Shown one piece after another: positions 27,456-42,466 of a stretch of 64,000 nucleotides of DNA. The stretch is from Tubulanus polymorphus (lineage: Eukaryota > Animalia > Nemertea): assembly GCF_964204645.1 (NCBI RefSeq), contig NC_134028.1, forward strand, positions 3,968,001-4,032,000, read 5' to 3'. A program made the position numbers and the translations under genes. The first letter of the stretch is position 1. Every line of letters begins with the position of its first letter. Under the pieces are notes generated by a model. It did not search any database. It saw nothing but the letters and a program-made list of their open reading frames with translations, and had not been told where the DNA came from.

Positions 27456-30400
27456 TTAAACCGTGTTATTTTCGACTTCTTGTTTGATAAGTTCTTCTGC
27501 CGTCGCCCTGAAAAAGAAATCGACCGGTTTAAAAATGTCAGGTCTACAGAAACGAGAACCGATGTACTGTACGTGTGAAGAACAGTCACTTACTCACTCA
27601 GATATCGGTTCTTCTGGCTGAACGGCAGCAGGCGATGAAGTGACATCAGCAGCTCTACAAATAATCAAAGTTAGTCGTATTATAAAACACAGAGCGCAGT
27701 TGATAACTTTGAAGTCTATGGTTTACTTTGCCGGATCCATTGTCGCAGGAAATTTCTATTATCAATGACTAATAATATAATCCTTTATTATGAGAGATGA
27801 AAAATTTTGAGAAAATCTTAATGTAAGATTTTCTCAAAATTGCTCATTCTCAAAATAAAGGAGAATTGAAGTGCTCGAAAAGCATTCTACAATTTAGAGG
27901 AATTATCAAGGACACGTGGATCAATATAACCCTGAATGAGACTCGACACTTACCCCGAGCCGTCCGAATGGCGAGATCGTTCACGTGACCTCGACCTCTT
28001 GACACGACGAGGTGAACGCGACCTCGAGCGTCTTCTGCGACGATCTCTCGAACGTGACCTAAAAACAACAAACGAATGATAGAATAATTCTTACAACTCT
28101 GATCCAATTTATACAGGGTCCCTACAGATCAGTCAATCATGGAGTTTTCAAGGAGTTTCAAAGGAGAAAATTTCAAGGGAGTGTCCGCATCACTTTGATA
28201 TCCCAATTATTATAGACTCCTCCTAAATCTGTACTGCTTATCTCAGCAAACCTGTAATCCAGTGGATTTTCAATGCACTACCTAAACTCATTTGGCACCC
28301 CTAATAGGGTAAAAACAAATCCCCACAGTACCGGTTTAGGCATAGTTTACTGTATAACTTTATAATTACCTATTTCCTCCAAATTGAGGAAGTTTCAAAT
28401 GAGTTTCAAGCATTTTGCTCAAATTAAACGAGTTTCAAGCACCTTAAAAAGCATTTTTAAGGAATCGATAAGTCTTAGGGACCCTGTTGATAAGAGAGTT
28501 CAAGCGTTTATTCATTTATACCTCCTGCGTCTGTCTCTGCTGCGACTACGACTGCGATGACGTCGCGATCGATTACGACTATTCGACCTCTCTCTACGCC
28601 GGCGATCACGCGACCTCGACCGGCTGCGACGACGTTCCTTCGAGCGACTACGACGAGCACTACCGCTGCCGCCGCCCCCGCGTGATTGGCTGCGACTCCT
28701 GCGACGTTGTTTCTCTCGCTCCTTCTCGCGCTGCTCCAGTTCCTCCTTCTCTTTCTCCTCGCGATCTCGTCGACGTTCCTCTCGTTCTTTTTCACGTTGC
28801 TCGCGACGATCGGCGACGCTTTTCTGTAAAACATCGAGCAAAATATGATAGAATCGCACGCTTAGATTCAACTGGAACCAGTTACACAGTTCTATCATAT
28901 TCATGCAATAACCATTGATTCAATAGGTACCTTGAGTTCCTCGAGTTTTTCTCTGATTGTGATGAAGCCGAGATGAAGTTTTCCGCCGAAGTGGTCAGCC
29001 AGTCGGCGGTCGTTGTCGTGGATACCGAGGTACGCCGAACAAATCTCGCACACTCGTAATTTCTGTTGTTGATAACTCGACGCGGGCATCGAATTCCGGA
29101 AATCCATCTACGAAAAAAAAAAAAAAAAATTCATAACGAATTAAAAACTGGTGTCGAATTTGAAAAAGAAAAATATCTAAGCGTCAATAGAATACATACT
29201 TCAGCGCTTCCTTTCATTTTCTTCAGGTCTTCGATTTCTGCCATTAGTTTCAGCGACTCCTCCACGTGACCTTCAGCTCCAGCCTGTTCAGCTTTGGCGA
29301 GTTTTGTACCGATCTGTTCACCGAGTTGATGAATAACTTCAGCCTGAAATAAACGATCATAGCCAGCTGTAATCGACTGATATGCATCTGACTACTGACA
29401 ACCGGGTCCAGTTCCACAGTTCTGATTTAAGATATGACCCTGGGTTAAAACATCGAAAATGAACTAACTTTAACTCAGAGTTAACTCTAACTCACAACTG
29501 TAGAACTGGGTCCAGTGCTTGATTTTCAGTATCCAGGTATTCCAAGGGTACTTAAATTTTGTTGGGACACTAAAATCTACCATCCACACAGGACACAAGA
29601 AATTTCTTATTTCACAATTCGGAGAGTTTATTCTTTGCTGTGATTTTTTTTTTAAATCGAGTAATTGAAAACTTAAGACAAACTGGAAGGATACCAAACT
29701 TCGATGTGGCAGGGAAGTGACGACGTAGGATCTTGTATCCTGAGAAGATACTAGCCAGAATTGCATATATCCAACCTCGGACCAAAGAATAGCCAAGCCC
29801 AAGGGCGGAGCTTGGAAAATAGGAAGGAAGGGTCAACAGATAAAGCAGCCACGCATAATATCAAATTTGCAGTTATTTACAATAGGATTATCTCCTAATG
29901 GGATCTGAACTCAACACGAGGGCCAACGTAAAGACAATTCCTCTAGATTTACCGAACCCGATCTACCGGTATACCGATGCAAAAACACAATAGTTCAACA
30001 TTAAACATACATACCTTTCCATTGGCTTCTTCACTGAGTTCTTCCTGTGTTTCTTTCAGTCGACGAGCCGCTTGTTCAGTACGTCTATCACAGTCAGCGA
30101 CAAAACTCTGCAAGTGCTCCATCGCCTACAAAAAACAATTCATCAATTCAATGAGCTCTTAGGGAAAATGTATATAATGGATCTTATGAATTTGGTTACT
30201 TGTGTTTTATTTCATCATGTAATCTAAATCTATAGAGTTGGTTTTTAAACTTATCATCTATTCGCCACATCAGAATGAGCTACTTGAAAACAAGAGATTA
30301 AACGCTGTTGTTACAAATTTCAAGAAATGCGATCGAGGCATTGCGCAGTAGATAAAAACTTACATCTATGTCGAAATAATAATCTTTTAAGGCCTGTGCA

Positions 30401-33400
30401 GTTTCGTAATCGGCGCGAAGAGCGAGATCGTGAATTTTCGGGCATTCACCGAGGTCCATTCGCTAAAAAACAAAACAATCCATTCATCAATACGTCTACG
30501 ATATCAGCTGAATAAATGAACTTATTACTTACCAAAACAGTACATACAACAATCACCACTGGCTTTTAATATCTACTGACAACTTATTTTCGAGGACAGA
30601 TATTGATCGAAAATTTTATCGATTTTCCGATCGCTAGTGAACTAATAATAAACCGGACAGGGATAGATCCCGGTCTCGAGAAGTAAATACGTACATGCCA
30701 GAGTACAGTTCGTCAGTACGTGTTTAGTGTGTAGTGAAATCACACGAGAACGAATTCTTTAAATATATAAAATTCATCATTTCATTCAAATGAAAACGTA
30801 AACTATTCGGCGATATTTGGAGAAAACAAAATCTACGTTAAAAACCACTCACAGATTCTCGACGTAATAAATGAACATGAATTAGATTAGAAATAAGTGG
30901 ATAGTTTGGACACGTATTTCTACGATAGATCGATCGCCTGCAACATAAAGTCATCATCGCCTCGTCGTGCGTTAAATTAACAGAACAAAGATTGATTTTT
31001 TTTCAGGGGTTGATTATATACGTACACCATTGTCCGTGAGGTAATTACTTACACATTACGTTAACCTGCTACCCAAAGCGCCTTTTTTTCACAAATGGTG
31101 GGCAAGACCCAGGGCATTAGCTTTTAAGACAAAAAGACATCGAACAGTTTTAGTCCAGACCCGGAATCGATCGGTTTTCAAAACGCTTTAAAAAATCGAT
31201 GCCCTAACTAGTAGGTTACACACACACAATAGACATACATCTGATGATACCAGATTGAAATTCATTAATTCATAAATCAAGACTCAAATATAAAATTGGA
31301 AGCCATGAAAGCCAGAAATTCAAACTAAGTTCACTAGAATTTCACATGTAAAAAAAAAAAAACTCAAGCCCAGAATTTGAGATTATTGAAAGGCCCCGAA
31401 CCAGTCGTAATCCGATCGACGATAATTTACATGCCACAAGGGGGCGCAATTTCCCGATGTATGGATAATAATTACGATGAGATATTTGAACTTACCGTGC
31501 TAGCGAGAATATCGTGCGGACAACAGCTGAGCAGGAAACTTCTACATACCCGAGGATCATCAAACCTCACTTTATACTTGTTGTTTTCACCTAAAAGTTG
31601 CCAGAATCAAACAGATATCGATGAGATGAATTCATTATCGAATCGACATTCATTTTCCGCGGGGGAAACTAAACTCAACAGTCACTTAAGGGCCGACTAA
31701 CACAGATACTGCTAAATCCATAAAGTTAAATTAATCAGCATAATTGAGGTTTTGTTTGACAGATTCAAACTGACGTTCTTTCAGAGTTTAACTCTTAAAG
31801 CCAATGATTACAAAATCATAGAAGACATTTAGAATTATAGGAGAGCAGTATCTCTGAAACGATTTCCTCAATATTGAAACAATATGACAGCATGGGTTTT
31901 ATGCTGATCTCTGCAAAATGGATTAACCAGATTGATGTTATATAATTGAAGGAAATGGACTGAAAATTCAGTACGTTTTGAGCAAAAATATGGGTAATCA
32001 CTACAAGTAAAAATGAAATATTCATTATCGATTTGAATTAGAAAATTCGGAACTTGACTGCTTTTGATGAAATTTTAAAAACATTTCCGAAAGGTAACCA
32101 TTGAAAAAGCAGACTCTGCGTTAATGTAGTTGAAAATTGAATAAACTACTAAGAAGTCGAGGAAACATTTTCGGACTTAATAATATACATCTTTTATACT
32201 ATTTCTTTTGTTATCATTGCAGGATTTTCCACACATTAATTCCAGACCAAAAGGCTTAAGCAACACCAAAAATATTGTTTCAACATTGAGAGCTCACACA
32301 GCAGGATTCAAACAAACATTCGAAACAATTTCCACGTTAGTCGTCGAGATAAAATACACACTGCGATTTAAATCTGTTAATCTGGTGACATCGTTCAATG
32401 ACTAGAGGTCTTCATCCGGATGGAAGCTACACCGGGTGATTGGGAATATTTGAGCGAGGGCAGTAGAGAGAAGAGTGTTTGATGAACATCTGAAAAACAG
32501 ACTTCATTCATACGAAAGGTACGAGCTCCGTCAATATAGACCTACTCACACGACCTATACACGACATGTTACAGTTCGGAAAAAAATAATTTCTTTTTCT
32601 TTTCGAATTCAAAATTGAGAGATTTAAATGCTAATACATCTTACATCTCGGTCATCCTTATTACCGAGATGACGTATTTTACCGAGATCAAATGAAATGT
32701 AACATATTTACTTATTCCTTATTGATTTTAACACTTGAAATCATATTATATCAGTAATAAATGCCTGCTGGAGTCATATTTTACATATTTTGTCGGATAT
32801 TTTTGTAGAAAAATAACTTTTAACTTTACCGAGATGAGACCATCAATCAATCAAATTCAATGAAATTTTATTGCTAACCGAGATTGCGTATTTGAAGTCA
32901 AAATTGTTTTTACACAATATCCGGAAAAATATGACTCTAGAAGGTATTTATTACTGATATAATATGATTTCAAATGTTAAAATCGATAAAGAATAAATAA
33001 ATATGCTCTATTTCATGTCATCTCGGTTGATCTCGGTAAATTACGTCATCTCGGTGAATAAGGATGACCCCTTACATCTTAATCCAACCAAGCTTTCTTC
33101 CCCAATGCAAATTCAGAAATCAATTTTCAATATGGTAAATTGGAGGTAAAAAAATGTTTACACTTTTACAATTTGTGTATGCGTAAGGCATCAAAAATGA
33201 AATATGAATCTAAAACCTGAAGGGAAATGAGAACATATCTTGTTATTTTATGATTGAATCAACTCACGGCGGCACCGGCTTGGATCGACGTGTCAATTCT
33301 CCCATTAACACTGGTAATACACAGTACCAGGCAGAGAAAAATGGGCTTCCCTTAAAAAATGGGAATTGAAAAAATTAATAAATCATCGTTTCTGAGGAAT

Positions 33401-33743
33401 CCAACAACATTCACAAATACTTCTAGAAATACAGTCACACCCACAATTGAACCCCTACCCCTTATCTGTATACAATCAATATGTAATAATTTCAACGGGC
33501 TTCTTTCTTTTCCAGGATCGGACTCACTGCCTCCCTTCCTCACAGCCTCAGCCAGCCAGGCCCTCGCGCTCTCTCCTTTGCCCCCTTCTTGTTTTGTTTG
33601 TCTCGTTGGTCGTCTTACTTCTCATTTTCAAGTCGCTAGAATATGAAACCAAAATGAACAATCGGCATTTAAATATGCTTACCATCTCTACCAGTACCCA
33701 TCAATTCATCGAGCATAGCCCGAATCTGGTCGTGGGCCGACAT
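27456..33743 (-). CDS. LUC7L: LUC7-like U1 snRNP-associated splicing factor (LUC7L/LUC7L2 subfamily); exons approx. 33743-33683, 31590-31496, 30462-30364, 30125-30015, 29343-29200, 29107-28931, ~28823-28522, ~28058-27954, ~27654-27598, ~27507-27456
   Basis: MSAHDQIRAMLDELMGTGRDG start; ZnF1 VCRSFLLSCCPHD...DLGECPKIH; ZnF2 KLRVCEICSAYLGIHDNDRRLADHFGGKLHLGF; RE/RS-rich tail; consistent exon phases with GT-AG boundaries. Confidence 0.95.
28114..28486. mobile_element. CAGGG-terminus MITE in LUC7L intron; degenerate relative at ~25786-26080
   Basis: TIR CAGGGTCCCTA/TAGGGACCCTG; GGTCCCTACAGATCAGTCA and TTTAGGC-TAGTTTACT shared with the 25786-26080 region. Confidence 0.7.
29404..29512. mobile_element. 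Short TIR element in LUC7L intron 4
   Basis: GGGTCCAGTTCCACAGTT ... AACTGTAGAACTGGGTCC imperfect inverted termini. Confidence 0.5.
32649..33070. mobile_element. Mutator-like (MULE) MITE in LUC7L intron 1
   Basis: Long imperfect TIRs (GGTCATCCTTATT-ACCGAGATGACGT... / ...ACGTCATCTCGGTGAATAAGGATGACC) flanked by exact 9-bp direct repeat CTTACATCT at 32640-32648 and 33071-33079. Confidence 0.85.
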
Positions 33744-34220
33744 TTAGACGATATTCAACGCTCAATCAGCAGAACTTAAATCTATGACGGCATCAACCAA
33801 GGAAAAATGGCTGCCACATCATGAGAAATGATAGTTGAGGCCGCTAGGTGGCAGCAGCGGCTGGTGGAGGCCGGTGCTCACGATTTCGCTTGGACCAATT
33901 CAATTCAATTCAGTTCAAATACTTTATTGACACTAATAAATTTTACAATAAAACATTTTAGTGATACGACCACTCAAAAATCGTTTCTTTCTTTGTTTTT
34001 TTATATATTTTGGGGGAATGCTCGAAATAATTTCCTGATCGTATGAGATATCGTAGCGTCCAGACAATGTAAGAATTGTATTGTATTGACCTGCACATTC
34101 TGAAGAAGTCGAAGGTCGCGTGGATCCCGCAGTAGCTGTCATCTGATAAAATTTCCCTTTTCCCTTTTTACGCCCCTTAATCAAACTCTTTGTAGTCGTC
34201 GGTTATCTGTGACAAAAATC
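33744..34220. promoter_or_regulatory. Bidirectional promoter/5'UTR region between LUC7L and LAMTOR2, with CTCF-like motif at 33839-33856
   Basis: Start codons diverge 477 bp apart; AAAATGGC YY1-like motif ~33804; GGCCGCTAGGTGGCAGCA matches the CTCF core consensus. Confidence 0.65.
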
Positions 34221-35064
34221 ATGTTAAGACCGCGTGCACTGACACAAGTTTTAAGTCAAGCAAATACGGGTGGAATTCAGTATACCCTGTAAGTTGACAT
34301 TTCATTTTCACTGACACAACTACAGCCTCTACCACTACAAAACCAGTGGCCTTATTACAGGATCAATTATATTTACCAATCACCCTAACATGTTGTTGTT
34401 TTTCAGGTTGTTAAATGGTGAAGGTGCCTTGCTAGCGTTTGCCGGATTTGGAGATAAAGATGCTCGCGTAACAGCAGCCATAGCCAGTGGAATTTGGGCT
34501 GCATATGAAAAAAGTGGCGCCGTCGCTTTCAATGAAGATAAACTGCAAGTTGTGCTTTTAGAATGTGAAGTATGTCGGAACAGTGTGACGATTTACTAAA
34601 CCGAATCAAATCTCTTTTATTCCTGGTTACATTTTGTTCTGTTTTTAGGAAGGACGCGTTGTTATAACTAAAGTTGCAAGTCTTCTCCTGTGTATATATG
34701 CGAAAGAGGATGTTGGATTCGGTCTTCTGAGAGCGAAGGTATCCAATCAGAGCGTGTCCAAAAACTGTTTGCTTTTAACAAGTAGTAATCATTAATAGAT
34801 GATTGAACCACTTGATAAAAGGTTTTCACTCTTGACTTACGGTTGATGATACCTAGAGAGGTTATTCTGTGAAAAATTTTCAATAAATTTAGTTTATCTA
34901 TCACTGAGAAAATATTTCCCAAGTAGCGATTCACTTTTGTGGGACGTTCAAGACTTCTCTAATCTTATCATATCGGTACATAAATCAATCTGAATTCTTT
35001 ATTTTAGGCTACTGCATTAGCTGAGTATTTAGAGGAACCGCTGACACAAGTGGCTACATCTTGA
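34221..35064 (+). CDS. LAMTOR2: Ragulator complex protein LAMTOR2 (p14), 125 aa; exons 34221-34288, 34407-34569, 34649-34738, 35008-35064
   Basis: [18 protein letters not shown]...[18 protein letters not shown]...[19 protein letters not shown]...[12 protein letters not shown]; spliced length 378 nt. Confidence 0.96.
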
Positions 35065-36575
35065 AGAATTGAATCCTTATGAAATAATCTCGATGAATTT
35101 AACGCTCGTTTCATTTGGATGCAGCTACAACTTTTTTGAGTTCAGGAGCATCAAAGATGTTCGAGTTTCTGGACTCTTGATGAATAGTGAAAATGACACT
35201 GGCCTCTTGATGAAATTTAGATGGTTTGATTCAAGAAATGATTGATACACATTAAGAATACTGATCTATTATTAAAGCGACGATTAACGTTTGATGGTGC
35301 TAGTTGATTGCTCGTTTGTAGTGTGTAAGCAGTTTTTGTTCTATTGAGCATCATTAAAGTTTTGTTGCTTCAATGAAAACTTGGATCAATTAGAATCGAG
35401 AGATACCATATTTTCTAGTTGTTAAAGATAAAAATGTAAATTTGAACTGAATAAATATTGTACATGTAATATACGGATACTTTAATACCCTCGGTTTTTC
35501 TTCAATCTTTTGATTCTACTCCATCTTCACGGATAGGATCTGCACCTCTGAATCAAGAGCAATTCAACAAGGACATTGATATTCGATATAAAATATTTAT
35601 TTCGTTAATAAAATTTCATCGTTTACCAATATACAAATATTAAAAAATAATCAATTTTTCTCATGTTATAAATCGTATTGTCTACAAAGATCGGACGTAT
35701 CAATTTCTGATTATTTCATGGACCGTAGTCTAACCAGTTCAATCAGGCAGAACCCTTAAGGATTGATGAAAATCAACTCGGCATTTCAAAATTAACAATC
35801 TACATACGACCATAATGATATTAAACACCCCGGTAGTTCTCTGATTTAATCATTTCATTGGAATGTATAAGAAATGGAGGACAAACGTAGTACTGGACAA
35901 AGAGGCGTCCTAACATCACCCTCAAAATATCCTTCATGTAATAGTCAACTGTTTTAACCAGATCAATTACAAAAGCTAAGGAATGAACCTTAGTTTACCC
36001 ATTCCAGTTTTATAAAACTAACAGCCCCTGATGGATGGAGTAACACTGTTTTACGTATCTAATTTTCGTAAAAAATATTCACTAGACAAGAATAATAAAT
36101 AGCGATATGTTTTATTAGAATATCATATTGAAATGGCAGGAATGATTTAGAGTTATAGATTAGATATAATCATGATTTCTTATTAAAGATTCAACTAAAT
36201 ACCTAATTAACACATTTTCAATTAACTCATCAAATAAATGATGCCGAAAAGGTCGAAAGTTCATAAGCCAACAATCGAGTAGCCCCTAATTAAACAATTT
36301 AGGGTTTGGAGGCATTTTTAGGTCAACTACAATCATAGTGGATGCAAGCATATTTCACGTATATAAAATGATATAATAATAGCATATAAATAACATATAC
36401 ATATTTACAAGTATTCGCTCTCGCATGAAGTGAAAATGTTGTTTGGAATGTTTACGATTAGATTCACTTAAAACAAAGAAATTTTGGACAAATCTAAATA
36501 ATGATAACTGACGTTATATTCAAACGGTTCCCAAAGAGAAAAGTCTTAAGAATGTTTCTAAAAATGATTTCTCAA

Positions 36576-37897
36576 TTACGAACGGAACAAAATCTTTCGC
36601 AGAAACAAAACCAGTGGCAACGAGAATATAAAGATCGACAGCGACAATCGGTTGGAGCTGTTACAGCGCTCCGAATCACACGTCCAGCTACAGCCGCGGT
36701 AGATACGATCGTGGTCATCAAACCCAAAATACTGGCACTGATTACCCATATCTCTAGAACTACAGAACCGTTGAGTTCCAACAACACCTACAAGATACCG
36801 AAAAAACAAAGTCATTAAGCATCAATCTCTGCGAAATTCATCGATAACATTCAAAAAGGTCTTATAATCTCGTACATAAATTATTAATCTAACAGTTTCA
36901 ACTTTTATCATTTGAAGGGTTTCCAGATCGAATCTAAACCTCATCATCAAAGAAACAGCACGTCTGATATTGTTTCTCAAATTCTGTCTTCGTGACTTGG
37001 TAGATACGGTGTTTAACTCATAATTGAGAAGTTGTGGATTCGAATGAAATATGCTATTTGGGAAGGGCTTGGATCAGTTTTTCCCCAACTCTCATTGATC
37101 TATCAATGGAAGTTCTAACTCCAAATAATGCAAGGGTTTTGAATACGAATGAGTGAGATTTATCTGGATACCATCCTCGCTCACCACAAGTGGCTGTGAA
37201 CCCAGGACCAACCAACAGCAGAATCACCATACATTCTGTATACATACCTCCCCATGCACCAGTGATTTTGATACAGTATTTAGTGTCGACGACATTGCAC
37301 GCAGTCGGAACCAGATTCGTCATTTCAGGATCAAACATCTCTAAACATTCATCGGAGTGTGTCGAGTTGCACTGATAACATTCAAAGGCATTACCTGCAA
37401 TACAAACAAAGCCATTTAATACAAACATGATTCTAACAGCCAACAGGGATCATTCATTTATTACGTACGCATCAGGGGAGGGTGAGAGGTAAGTGCATAA
37501 TCGCATACTGTTATGCTTAATGTATATGAAAAAATGATTGCCGATTTTGCGTACAGAGGGGGGTTGAAAGTCAGATTTCATGCGTACGTAATAAATAAAT
37601 GATCCCACAATAAATTACTTGTTTTACATTCGATTATCTACATCATTCACATCACACCTATATATTCTATATGGCAGGAAATATTTAAGTTTGAATGTAA
37701 GTAGTATATTATGTATGTTGTTATTGTTGGGCGAGGTCAGATTCATTTCAGAATCGTGAATCATAAAATCAAACCATTTTCTAATTCAAAAACTGGCAGT
37801 ATGAAAAAAAATGGCACTCACTTAGATACGGTAAATATGACAGCGCAATAAGGAATATCCATACGCTTAATCCAAGATGCAAGTTCTTCGGCAACAT
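36576..37897 (-). CDS. Ly6/uPAR three-finger protein (invertebrate quiver/scoloptoxin-05-like group), signal peptide and probable GPI anchor, 144 aa; exons 37897-37822, 37394-37248, 36787-36576
   Basis: Hydrophobic leader, FECYQCNS...C...C...YCIK...RFCSSRDMGNQC...GCSWTCDSERCN, hydrophobic C-terminal tail; two phase-1 introns. Confidence 0.88.
37446..37606. mobile_element. PIF/Harbinger-like MITE in Ly6 intron 1
   Basis: TIR GGGATCATTCATTTATTACGTACGCAT / ATGCGTACGTAATAAATAAATGATCCC with 3-bp direct repeat ACA on both sides. Confidence 0.75.
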
Positions 37898-38892
37898 CGT
37901 GAAAATCGCCTCAAAAACCCAGAAAATATCAAAGAATATTTCACAAATTGTAGTTCTCGAGTATGAAGACCCGGAAGTGCGCGCGGCGCCCTTGTTTTCG
38001 TGGACGTACTATTTGCCACCCAAACCCAATCGAGGATTTTTGAAATTCGTGGACCCGCACCGCACTGTGTGACCCCGTCGAGGCAGGTTCTCTCGCCAGA
38101 ACTAAAATGTTTGGTTTTCTCGCCCGAGAAAACCAAAAACCGGATCAAAGTGAAAATTTTTTAATCGTTGGTCGTCGTTGCTCTAGCCGTATCATTTTTT
38201 GGTTGGCCCGAATCAGCCATACGATTTACAGGATTGAGAAAAGTATAATTTTAAATGTATATAAATATGCTAGAAAAATTATGAATGTTACGTAAATAGA
38301 TATAATTTTCTATGAGGGCCAGGCAAAGCCTAAAGGCTGCTAAAGCGAGCACGGGCCCGCCAGCGGGATTGACAGATATAATCGGCTATTTTCTACTGTG
38401 TACTTGTGCAGTTATAATAGGTTGGAATTTGCGAAAGTGATCCTGTGCCGTAGTAGGAAATGAAATATGATTTTGTTTTATGTTTCAGGGTATGCTTATT
38501 CATTTGAAGTGGAGACTGGCGCCATATGTTCGAGATAGAGTGTTTGCAGTGGATTAGTAAAATTTGCACTTCTTCGATTGGGGTAATTTTGAATCCCCGA
38601 GAAGCGAAAGTCCTAAATGCGTCATTTGAGCAGAGAAATCTGAAGCTCCACGTTTTATATTCTAAGAAAAGTTGCATCGCAAGAGATTCATCCTCGAATT
38701 TGTGGCGAATAAACAAATTATAAAAATATTTACTGAGAAGAATATGTATTATGAAATAATTTATTCTAACTATCAATCTTAATAATTTCTCTCAAAATCA
38801 GAATCGTTACAATAATTTCTCGATAGGCCTACTGTTGAGAGAATTATGATTAAATACACAACTCTTCTGAATCCATTCGCAAATACAGCCTT

Positions 38893-42149
<3,257 letters not shown>

Positions 42150-42380
42150 TTAATTCGTGGTCATCAAAAGCATGCAACAACTCGCAACTTGCAGTTCGTC
42201 ATGCTTTTTGCATGTAAAAATACTGCAGGGCTTCATAAAGAAGCAGAACTGCAGATGTTGCAATTCTCGAAACGTGCCACACATTTAGACAATAAAACCG
42301 AATTGTCACACGTGTACAAGCAATAAACATGTGTTGGATTATGATTACAGTACTCACTGTCTTCACTAAGTGTCCAGATT

Positions 42381-42466
42381 TACATACCTCCCCAAGCACC
42401 AGTGATTTTGATACAGTAATTAGTGTCAATGACCTTATGCACGCAGTCGGAGCCAGATTCGTCATT
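42381..42466 (-). pseudogene. Duplicated fragment of Ly6 gene exon 2 including its donor site
   Basis: TACATACCTCCCCAAGCACCAGTGATTTTGATACAGT...GCACGCAGTCGGAGCCAGATTCGTCATT closely matches 37241-37324, with a 2-nt insertion. Confidence 0.85.

Noticed and set aside
28487-28918. 143-aa + strand ORF and 108-aa alternative minus-frame ORF
   Set aside because: Shadow frames of the LUC7 RS-repeat exon.
31060-31205. Additional LUC7 poison exon starting at ~31120
   Set aside because: Its acceptor lies inside a small inverted-repeat element (AGGGCAT...ATGCCCT, ~31111-31206); evidence too weak.
38480-38730. Possible + strand exon after TTTCAG at ~38488
   Set aside because: All three frames stop early; the distal part is duplicated PCYT2 3' flank.
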